From the IMG/VR virus record IMGVR_UViG_3300042308_000216, positions 31,878 through 95,877 of that record: a stretch of DNA of 64,000 nt; one strand, written 5' to 3'. The notes under the pieces are model-generated. The model made no database searches, was not told the origin of the DNA, and saw only the letters and a program-made list of their open reading frames with translations. The DNA comes from a virus. A program made the position numbers and the translations under genes. Below, piece after piece: positions 10,401-20,100 of the stretch (position 1 is the stretch's first letter; each line of letters begins with the position of its first letter).

Positions 10401-12345
10401 GCTTGATGGTGGTAATCAAGTAGCTGCTCCAGGAAATGTTGTTTCTTGGCCTTCATATCCTGAGACTTATGGAGATATGGAAGACCCTGAAGGAGTTTCT
10501 TTAAACATGCCTACTAATGACCCAAGAAATAGAAATAGACGTGGTTTTGATTTTGACTTTGATTTTAATTTAAGAGATTTAGGTAGAAAATGGAAACATA
10601 GAGGTAGAGGACATTCTAGTGGAAAACCTCAGAGTAGGAAATGGGGAGATACTATTTGTACTGTACATCCTGATGGTGGTTCAATATATTATGATTTAGG
10701 TGGTATTCTTCCACCAACTGGTACACCTCCACCAACTACTGAATTTAATTTTGAACAAAATCCAAATTATTTAGTAACTCAAAAAGGACCAATACTTGCA
10801 TCATCAGATACAACAGCTACACCTCAACCCCCAAAAGCTGCATACATTCAAAGACCATATATGAAAGGTCATAGTAGTAAATACTATAATTTATATAGTA
10901 CTGATCCTGAAGAAAGAAAGAAAGCTTTATTAGCAAATAAAGCAAATAATGCAATGATTGATATTGAAAAAGGTAAAAGTACTGGTCCACAAAATCTGTT
11001 ATCTACATTTACTAAAGCAGATGGTGGTATGATGCCTTCAGAACAACAAATGCAACAAGAACAACAAGGTGGTCAAGACCAAATGATGCAAATGGTTCAA
11101 CAAGTTGCACAAGCAATTGGTGGTGGTGCAAACCCAGAGCAAGTTATGCAACAAGTTATGCAACAATTAGTACAAGCTGGAGCACCAGAAGAACAGGCAA
11201 TGCAACAAGCACAGCAAATTGTACAAGCTGCTATGCAAGAAGTACAAGGTCAGCAGCAACAACAACCTATGCAAGAAGGACAGCAAATGCCTCCTCAACA
11301 AGGTATGGCTAGAGGTGGTTACTTTAATGGTAAAAGACAATACTATACAGGTGGTACAGGTGGTACAGATGGACCAGTAAGACCTTTAACAATGCAAGAA
11401 GCTGTTGATGCAGGAGAATATAGTCTTTACCCAAAAGTTACTTCACGTACTGGTGAATTTGAAGACCAATTTTATAATACTAGTACTGGTCCAACTGGTT
11501 CAACTTTTGCATTTGCAAATAACCAACCAGCTATTCAAGAAGAACAAGCTCCTATGAGTTTAAAACCTAATGTAGTTAATAATCAAAGTAACAGAGAAGA
11601 ACTTTTAAATGTATTACCTACAAAAAAACGAGCAGAAGATAAATTAAAAGAAGATAAAAAGAAAGAAGATAAAAAAGATAATAAAACTAATACAACTACA
11701 ACACAACAACAAACTCCAAAAGGTTCTAAAATGTCTGCTACTGATTTAGCTTTTATGGCTGCTCAATTAGCTGGACCTGCTTATCAATTCTTTCAAAAGA
11801 AACCAGAAGCTTTTCAATATAAAAAAGGAGAAGCTAAAACACTAGATTCTTCAACAGCTATTATGCTTGCTGACCAAGCTTTAAAAGAATCTGAAGCTGG
11901 AGCTGGTTATGCTATTAGACAAGCTGCTCCAACAGCAGGAAGTTATTTAGCTAACATTAGAGCTAATGCTTTAGACTTTGGTAAAAAACGTGGTGCAAGT
12001 TCAGCTGGTATTAGAGGTCAATATGACTTACAAAATACAGGAATTCTAAATCAATTTGAGCAATATAATACTGAACTTGAAAACAAAGCTATTGATGCTA
12101 TGCAGCAAGATCAAGCTAACTATCAAGAACAAAGAACTAATGCTCTTTACAATGCAGGTGCTAATTTAGCAGGTATGCGTAAAGATTATAATGCTGGTGA
12201 GATTGATAAATTAATTGCTAATAACATTGGTACTAGTAATTACAAATATGACCAAGCTAAGCAAACCATAACTTATAAAAAACCTGATGGTAAAGAAGTT
12301 ACAATACCTGTATCAACAGTATTAGGTGGTAATACAACAACATAA
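7435..12345 (+). CDS. ejected cargo protein 1 (low-complexity, about 20 [YFML]-A-x-G-G motifs, Gln/Met-rich block)
   Basis: 1636 aa immediately after the muzzle gene, as in crAss-like phages; Gly/Ala hydrophobic segment, HHQSAYGGVPIG..ALAEGGE motif, Q-rich region at about 11030-11300. Confidence 0.7.
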   Translation: MAEKNSLWKNIRNKAKQNRASGATPKKPTTEMLRQERKIRAQKAGGGPVKENPLYKSNEDYAYNQWVQSMPENLRQESPGYNMRGAWEGGLEPEMFYRDEQGTFRTAHEPHPFNPTYEPHLGSRNPNTGEILKSPEHHTYDMAIEGDIRAGYTPRVDARTGTMYSTNSSDPTTAGPFKEYATGSFVGEDDELEKKLADLRKQAAKPANKVPTAQENFINATKNIPNYSMDPNYQAPAVGTNYTTKEEMSARPYPASGKIDIDPGAELLPFAVFEAMSIPGLVKNYKYNMNLYKNAPTIGNFNMAHPRNLKRAKDALNKAAIITASETVPELINAAGGYTINNNKSMKNNNQSWKEYLKYAQGGHTNPYNQYQDDQYLQYEVGGKVWKNIAAGLYGAGEGILDTVTMGATDELTDKGFEALSKAGNKNIDLNNPDDVKFLKSQQKVKGYSNAAGAIGTAAVTGNVQGAIKQGTKGLNTAFQATDGMSDDFKKWSQGVTGVAGVASGFAGGMNSDSFNAAAKAGTGVAGFGQKVGKYSPLIGQASGFIGGNDQPLWQQGQAQQDTLNSPDYIAAQREKNASYTNQGLMYGQGGNMSNNSLNLRDTMGYNRFAQGGAFNQYGINMIPESAGLHHQSAYGGVPIGPNALAEGGEIKMDNGDGSQYIVSDQVDGAETQKDFTFSKGGKYKELNRTLADGMKQDLNKYTYGSLATSDRVKGDLRRPNDSYSQSTVEQIKNKWQQKTEYARQRSQQEQAIAQAEEQKRMAEEQYIAAYGGRINPKKYPGLNMTKKAKGGYVHNQMIQPMLAEGGPLYGDPASPYTYAMGGVGNSINTNQPSNQPRYTSWEDMRTKMNAAQAAKPQLTLDQQRAQDSQTMGRIGQIFDSYNHPNTPNLVSSPRPINFQVPTGYAQGGMYGDPYARGGQIDYTNDMYSMYAGGGPMPSDLPQAFNGPAAQNSNGMYLYPEGGPGVIPTGNPIYTPDSGIEQFAPDASWLDGGNQVAAPGNVVSWPSYPETYGDMEDPEGVSLNMPTNDPRNRNRRGFDFDFDFNLRDLGRKWKHRGRGHSSGKPQSRKWGDTICTVHPDGGSIYYDLGGILPPTGTPPPTTEFNFEQNPNYLVTQKGPILASSDTTATPQPPKAAYIQRPYMKGHSSKYYNLYSTDPEERKKALLANKANNAMIDIEKGKSTGPQNLLSTFTKADGGMMPSEQQMQQEQQGGQDQMMQMVQQVAQAIGGGANPEQVMQQVMQQLVQAGAPEEQAMQQAQQIVQAAMQEVQGQQQQQPMQEGQQMPPQQGMARGGYFNGKRQYYTGGTGGTDGPVRPLTMQEAVDAGEYSLYPKVTSRTGEFEDQFYNTSTGPTGSTFAFANNQPAIQEEQAPMSLKPNVVNNQSNREELLNVLPTKKRAEDKLKEDKKKEDKKDNKTNTTTTQQQTPKGSKMSATDLAFMAAQLAGPAYQFFQKKPEAFQYKKGEAKTLDSSTAIMLADQALKESEAGAGYAIRQAAPTAGSYLANIRANALDFGKKRGASSAGIRGQYDLQNTGILNQFEQYNTELENKAIDAMQQDQANYQEQRTNALYNAGANLAGMRKDYNAGEIDKLIANNIGTSNYKYDQAKQTITYKKPDGKEVTIPVSTVLGGNTTT
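9227..9234 (+). promoter_or_regulatory. Bacteroidota sigma-A -7 element (TAAATTTG) internal to cargo gene 1
   Basis: Matches TAnnTTTG followed by CG; in-frame ATG at 9244. Confidence 0.35.
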
Positions 12346-12356
12346 TAAAATAAGAT

Positions 12357-14192
12357 ATGAATAGATTTTACAAACCAACACCAAGAGAATATGTATCTAC
12401 ACATGTAGATATGCCTTGGGAGTTTTTACAAGGAGCTGCTGAAACAAAACAAAAAGGTTTTGATACTGCAGTAGCAACTGGAGATGCATCTGAAAAGTTA
12501 TTAAACTTTAAAGTTGCTCCTGGAGATATTGAAAACTACAAAAAGAAAGTAGGTCAATATAATTCAGAAATTCAAGGAGCTACAGATTATTTATTTGAAA
12601 CTGGTGACTATACTAATGCTAGTAGAAAATTAGTTGGCACTGTAAGAAATATAACTGCAGATACAGATATTAATGAGATGAAAGCTTTTCAAGCTAATTG
12701 GGAGAAAGCATTAGAAGAAAGACAAAAAGACCCTGATTATAAAACTAGGTCTTGGTGGCAACAAGGTGAAGATTTAAATACAGCTACTTCTTGGAATCCT
12801 GAATTAGGTAGACACGTTAATAGATCTATTGATACAGGATACAAATCACCAGATTTAAATAAAGACTTAAGAGAAACTTTTGGTACATTACATATGTCTA
12901 AATCAGAAACAGGTTATGATATAGTAAATGATGCAACAGGAGAAATAGAACATATAACTACAGGCGGTGGATCTATTACTCCAAAGTATATTGAATTTAG
13001 AGCAAAAACAATATTACCTAATTATTTACAAACCGCTTCTGGAAAAGACCATATTATACAAGCACAAAAAGAAGGTTACACAGGAGATGCTTTAATGAAA
13101 AGAGCTTCTGAAATTGCATATACTAATTTGTATAATCATGGATTACAACAAATACAAAGTGAATCAAAAAATATACGTAGAAAAGATTATCAACCTGAAT
13201 GGAAAAGAAATGAAATATTAGGAAAAGTAGAAGCTGAGAAAAAATATATTCCTGATAGTTCTTTTGTAGTTACTAAAGAGCAAAAACCTATTACAACTAG
13301 TGATTTATTACCACTTGGTGCTAACGCTAAAACTAATATGTTTGGTAGTGGAGATATTATGAAAATAAAATTTGCACCAAAAACTTTTAGTGATTTAGCT
13401 CCTAAATACAGAGCAACAGCTGAAGCTGCTTATAAAACTTTATATGGTGAAGTTAAATATAATGAAGTTAAATCTGGTAAAAAAGAGTTAACAACTGCTG
13501 ATCTAAATAATTTTGTGTCTTACTACAACAACCTTAATCTAGGTTTAAGAAGTAATACAAACACAGCATCAATTCCAGATGTAAAATTACTACATAATGA
13601 TTTATTTGGGTTTAAAGAAGATGCAGTTCCAGGCGGTGTAATTGCATCAGGTGCAGGTAGAAATTATCCACCTAATACTAAAGTATATGATGTTATAAAT
13701 AGTGAATGGACTACTTTAGGGCAAATTGAAACAGCAAATGGAGATAAAGCTATTAAATACACAGTAAATAAAGAATACGGATCTCACAATCCAATATATC
13801 AAATATCTGGTAAAGACCCTTATTTTGCACAAGGTTATTCAATAGTTGGTACTCAAGGCAACAAAACTTTCCAATACATTTTACCAACTAATACTAAAAA
13901 TGATGAAGCTACTATGGAAGCAGAAGTAAATAATGCTATATACAGTAGTGGATTACCTACGCATGTAAATTTATATAATCAAGATTATACTATTTTACAC
14001 CAAAAAGGACCTAATGGAAAAGATGCTTTTTCTTTAGTTGATGTTAATCCTACTAATGGATTAGTAAAACCACATTTGATTAATAATCAACCAGCTATAT
14101 TTGAAACTCCAGAAGCTTTAATAGGTACTGTAGGAGCTGTTATACAAATGGCACAAGAAGCACAAGAGAAACAAGCAAAAAAAACTAAATAA
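12357..14192 (+). CDS. ejected cargo protein 2
   Basis: 611 aa; N-terminus MNRFYKPTPREYVSTHVDMPWEFL resembles crAss-like cargo proteins; sits within the cargo cluster. Confidence 0.65.
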   Translation: MNRFYKPTPREYVSTHVDMPWEFLQGAAETKQKGFDTAVATGDASEKLLNFKVAPGDIENYKKKVGQYNSEIQGATDYLFETGDYTNASRKLVGTVRNITADTDINEMKAFQANWEKALEERQKDPDYKTRSWWQQGEDLNTATSWNPELGRHVNRSIDTGYKSPDLNKDLRETFGTLHMSKSETGYDIVNDATGEIEHITTGGGSITPKYIEFRAKTILPNYLQTASGKDHIIQAQKEGYTGDALMKRASEIAYTNLYNHGLQQIQSESKNIRRKDYQPEWKRNEILGKVEAEKKYIPDSSFVVTKEQKPITTSDLLPLGANAKTNMFGSGDIMKIKFAPKTFSDLAPKYRATAEAAYKTLYGEVKYNEVKSGKKELTTADLNNFVSYYNNLNLGLRSNTNTASIPDVKLLHNDLFGFKEDAVPGGVIASGAGRNYPPNTKVYDVINSEWTTLGQIETANGDKAIKYTVNKEYGSHNPIYQISGKDPYFAQGYSIVGTQGNKTFQYILPTNTKNDEATMEAEVNNAIYSSGLPTHVNLYNQDYTILHQKGPNGKDAFSLVDVNPTNGLVKPHLINNQPAIFETPEALIGTVGAVIQMAQEAQEKQAKKTK

Positions 14193-14195
14193 GCT

Positions 14196-17100
14196 ATGCC
14201 TGGAGAAAACCTTGGTACCACCACTATTGCAATTCCTTTACAGAAAATAAAACCGTATAAACCTACAAGTACTACACAAGCAGTACCTGAAACTTATGCT
14301 GGTCCTCAATCTAGATATGATGATAATTATTTCATAGATCAAAGTAAAATGAACTCTGAATTTTTTCAGAGTATGAGAGCTGAAAATCAAGGGTTTGGTA
14401 TGGAACTAGCTACCGCTGGTGCTAACCTTATTCCTAATATTGCATTAAGTATTGGTGAAACTGCTGGTTATTTATTTGATGTTGAGGATTGGTCAAACAT
14501 GATTCAAGGAAATAAAACTGATTATGGTAATGCTATAACTAAATGGGCTAGTGATAACAAGAATCCCTTTGGTCAAGTATACACAAAAAGCACTGATGGT
14601 GGTTTTGATATGTCAGACTCTGCTTGGTGGGTATCTAATGGTGGAGGGTTAGTAGAGTCTTTAGTTGCTTTTGGAATAACAGGATTTGGTGTTGGTAGTG
14701 TATTAGGCAAAAGTGCTTCTATGCTATCAAAAACATTAGGTGCTTATGGTAAAACTAAATTTGCTATTGAGGGTGCTGCTAAATTAGGTACTTCATTATC
14801 ATTAGCATATAGTGAAGGTGCTATGACTGGTGCTCAAGTATTTAAAGATGTGTATGATGATACCTATAATTTTGAGTATTTAAAAAATGTAAATGCAGGT
14901 ATGGGGGATAAGGAAGCTAAAGCAAGAGCTCATTATACTGCTACTGATGTTGCAGGTGAAGGTGCAACTAAAGCTGTTAGAACTAATACACTAATTAATA
15001 CATTTTTAAATATACCTGAAACAAATGTTCTATTTAGAAGTATGGGTGCATCTAGATATATAGATGATGCTTTAAAACTTCAAAAAGGAGAATTTGCTAG
15101 AGATGCTGTTGAAAGAATAAAGAAATTTGATGTTAATAAACATTTAACTAGACAAGGTATAGAACATTGGGGCAAAGAAACTGGCAGTGAAATGTTAGAA
15201 GAGATGGTCAATGTTTATGCTGAAGAGTCAGGTAAAAATGTTGGTAGGCTAGCTACAGGACAAGACATTGTTTCTCTTGGAGATATGCTAGCTAATGATG
15301 ATATATGGGCAGCAGGATTCTGGGGTGCTATTGGTGGTAGTATGAATGGTTTTGTTATGGGTAAAATGCCTAAGTGGGTTGTCCAAGAAGATGGAACTAA
15401 AAAAAGAACTACTGTTGGTGCATATAATAAAGAACAAGTAAAAGATAAATATAAAGAACAATTAACTGACCTTCAAGATAGATTAACAGAATTTGTTGAT
15501 GCTAGAGATGCTTTAGATATAGCAGCTAAGTCAGGTGATGAAAGAGCTTATAAAGAAGCTGCTGACAAAGTATTTAGTTATAATAGTTTCAACTCTATTG
15601 TAAAAGGTACTGAAGAACAGTTACTAAATGATTTTCAAGAGATAGCTGCATTTACTCCTGAGCAAGCTGCACAACAAGGTTTTGCATCAGACTACAAAGA
15701 AAGAGCTACTGAAAAAATACAATCTGTTAGACAAAATACAGCAGAGTGGAATAAGATTCAAGATAGACATTCTTCACAGGATTTAGATCAAGCAGGATTT
15801 CCTGAAACTATTTTTCAGCAACACATGAATGTTCAGAATAATAAAAAGATTATTCAAGATAACACAATTGAACTTGCTAAATTAGAATCAGAGATAGCAC
15901 AAGCACATGTATTAAGAGGTACAGATTTAACAACTACATCTTTTAATGATGTTAAATCTAGTATTGATGCTGTTGAGCATGCTTTTGAAATGGCTGCTAA
16001 AGATTTAAGTGATATTGACTCATTAAGCACACTTGATAGTAAAACTAGACAGAAAAAAATAGCAGAGCTTAGTAATAAATATGGTAATATTGAAAATGCT
16101 AAAATACAAATACAAAAGCATTTAGAAGAACTAGAAGAAAAAAGAGAAGACCTATTTAATAATTTAGAAATTCAAAAAGAAAATTTCTATTCTTTCATTG
16201 ACCCTGAAAACACAATGTCAGATGATGAAAAACTAGATAGATATAAAAATATAATTGCACAGAATAGTTCAGATATATATTCATTAACAGAAGGTAAGAA
16301 AGTATTAGAAACAAATAGAAAGATACTAGCTTCACAGATAGAAGAACTTAGAGTATTAAAAAGTGATAAAGGTCTTGAAAGATTTAAAGCTCTTAAGAAA
16401 GAAAAGATGGCTGAGAGAGATGCTCTTGATGCTCAAGCTGCTGCTAAAGCTAGAGCAGAAGCAGAGGCTAAAGCTAAAGCTGCTAAAGTTGAAGAGATTA
16501 AAGTTAAAAAGAAAGAAGCTCCAGAAACAGTAACACCACAAGAAGAAGAGATTATACAAGCCAACACTCCTGTAGAAAGTTTTGAAGAAGGTGTTTACTC
16601 AGGTGAAGGTTCAAATAAAGAAGGGTTAGAAGAGCAGTATAAAGAAATTACAAAGATAGCTGATAACTCAGATGAAGAAGGTAAAGTTAAAGACAGCTCT
16701 GGGCAAACTATTTCTGTTGGAGATAAACTTATGTATGGTTCTAACAAACTAGCTTATGCTAGTACTGTTGAATATATTGTAGAAGATGATAAAATTAAAC
16801 ATACATCATTAAAACTTAATCCTGAGACTAATCCTGATTTATTAACTGATAAATATGTACCAGGAACTAAATTAAAGATAAAGAAGTTAACACCAGAAGA
16901 ATTTAAATCACATGAGTTTTTTGCTCCTGATAATATTAAATTTATAGATGAAGTAGGTAGAGAAATATTAGTTGCTAATAAAGGACAGAAAGTAACATTT
17001 GAAATGTTAAGCCATCCTTATATGCAACCCATTGGTATATACAATGAAGCAGGAGAGTATCAAGCTATGCTGCATGCTGTTACTTATATTAATGATAATA

Positions 17101-20100
17101 GAGTTGTATCTGAGAATGTAGAAACTGATTTACAAACTTTAATTAATATTAGAGCTGCTGTTACAAATGAATTTCAAGATATTAAACTTAGTTCTAAAAG
17201 TAATGGTAAACTAAACCAGTTACCAATGTTCTATAGATTATCAGAACTTATTGATGAGAATGTAGAGTTTGCTATTGCAACATCATCTATTCAATTAAAC
17301 ACTAGTAAAGTAACACCTGTTGAAAATTTAGCTAATACTAAAGGCTACAAAGTAGGTCAGGTATATGCATTAACTGTTATGCCTGATGGTAGAAAGTTAG
17401 CTGTACCTGTAAAGACAACTAAGATTAAAGAAAACCCACAAGTACTTACAGAGTTAATGTCTGCTTTAGATATTTTCTTAAAAGGAGGTAATAGAGAAGA
17501 CTTACAAGCTGTTTTTGGTAAATACTTACATTCAGTATTTAGTAAAGATAAACTAACACCAGATGGTAATTCTTTTCAAGAAGACCCTAATGGTAATGAT
17601 AGATTCTATATTGACTTTACTTCAACAAATGTTAAAGGTATTATATTTGGAAAAGCAGGATTTTCTAAAAACTTTATTAGTGGTGATACACCTATAGATG
17701 CTTTAGAAGGATTAAAAAAAGAGTTAGCTTCTATTATTCAAGAGAGTTATATCAATCTTAATTTTCAAAGCTTAAAAGACCCTGATTTTGTAAAAACATA
17801 TGTAACAAGTAATGTTAGATTTTATCCATTACCTAATGGTAAGGTAACTGTGTTTGATAATCCAGTACTTGGATTTGACCCATCTACATTAATAAATGCT
17901 ACAGCACCTGCTGCTAAAGTAACACCACAACCTATTGTTACACCTACAACACAAAGTTCTGAATCTGTCTTTAATATAACTATTGAACAGATAAAAAACA
18001 ATATAGCAGAATTAAGAGCTAAAGAACAAGCAGAGTATGCTGCTATTGATCCTAATGATACAGCAGCAAGAAAAAAGATTTATGAAGACTATAATAAATT
18101 AATTACTACTTTAATAAATGAAGCAGAAGCTGATATAGAAAAAAGAAAAGAAGCAGAGTTAGAATTAGAATCTGAAAGAATTGTAGAAAGTACTGAAATT
18201 TGGAAAGATGAAGAAGGTCGTTTATTTAGAATTGATAAACTAAAAAACGGTAAACAAAGATTAGCCGCTACAGATGAAGAAGGTAAACTGCTTAGTGTAA
18301 TAGATATCTATGAAGGTTCTGTATCTCCTACTAAGTTTATAGCAGATGGAGAAAAAGTAAAAGACCAAGAAGTAAAAGAAAATAAGATAGTAGATAAAAT
18401 TAATGCTAAATATAAAGAAGAACTAGATGCTGTAAAACAAGTTAAACCTACTACTACACCTATTTCTGATATAGAAACTAAAAAAGCAGATATAGAAACT
18501 GCTTTTGATTATATAACTACTCGTAAATATAAAGGTGAAAATAATAGATTAAATGAAATAAATAAAATTGGAGAAGATCTTGCTAAACGCTTTGTAGCTA
18601 CTCTTAAAGAAAAAGGTTTAGTTAAAGAAGACTACAGAATGGCTCCTAGAACTGATGGGTCTGTAGAAAAAATGAAAGTAAATACAGATGATAAAGGTAA
18701 TAATTTAGGAAATGATTGGAGTACTGCTGGTAAATTTAAAGATGAGTTTAGAAAATTTGTTAATGTAGAATTAGCTTCTTTAAAAAGTAAAGCTACTACT
18801 ACACCTACAGCACAATCAACTACAGATACTAAAGCTGAAATAGAAAAAAGATTAAAAGAAGAAATTATATCTTTAGAAAAAGATTTAAAGGCTATTAAAT
18901 TTAAAGATGGAAATACACTAGGAAAAATGTTTCCTGATTGGTCAGTAGAAGCTGCTACTTTTATAAGAGAACATTTTAAAAAAGCTGTTACTGAAGAAGA
19001 TTATAATAAAGCAGTAAGATATGAAAACCTAGTAAACCATTTTGATGCTGTAGTTAAAAATGAATTAAATAAATTAACACTTCAACCTACAGCTCAACCT
19101 ACTGCTGCAGATATTAAAGCTGATATAGAAAATAGAATTGTTATTACTGGAACTGACCAAGGATTTGAAGTATATAATACATCAAATATTAAAAATGAGA
19201 AAGCAGGAACTGTAGCTGATGTTAGAAGAAAGTATTCTGATGATAAATATGAAATAGAATTTGGTAAAGGAGATGATAAAAAAAGTATTTTTTCTGATAT
19301 AAATTATGGTCAAAAAGAAGATTCCTATCATTATTTTATAACAGATAAAAAAACAAAGAAGAGATACTACGTAGTAGGAATTAGCAGTAGAGTTACTGGT
19401 ACTGATCCCCAAAGAGATGGAAGTCTATTTGCAACTATAGAGGACGATGGTAATATTACAGATTTTACAAGAACAGTATTAGAACTTGCTCTTATAAAAG
19501 AATTTGAAAATCAAACGAAAAAAAGAAAGAATATATTTAGACCTTTACCACAAAAATTTATTGACAAAGTAAAAGCTGCAGAACAAGCTGCTTTAGGGCA
19601 AGCTCAACCTACACCTGCTACAGAAACACCAACAACTCCACAAGAAAAAGGAGAGTTTTCTATTCAAGGTACATTTCGTGGATTAACTCATGTATTAGGT
19701 GATCCTGCTAATATGATTCCTGATCTTAGAGATACAGGATTTATTGATAAGCCAACTTTTTCTGAATCTGTTCAAAAAGGTAAAAAGTTTTTTACACTTT
19801 CTATTCCACAAGCAGATGATGTTTATAGACAAGGCTATTTATCAGTGTCTTTAGTATTTCCTGAAACAACAACTAAAACAATGGCTGATGTCAAAGCTGC
19901 TTTAGAAGCAAAAGTAGCTGAAGCTAAATCTGTTATTGCAACTGCAAGAGATAAAGGATCTAATGCAGAAGCTTTTTTAAAAAACAAGGTTAGTGCAGAA
20001 TACACAGAACAACCTTCTGTAACAGAACCAGTACCTGTAGTTGAACAACAACCTGTACCACAACCTACAGTTGAATTAAAATCTGCTGGTGGAGCAAAGT

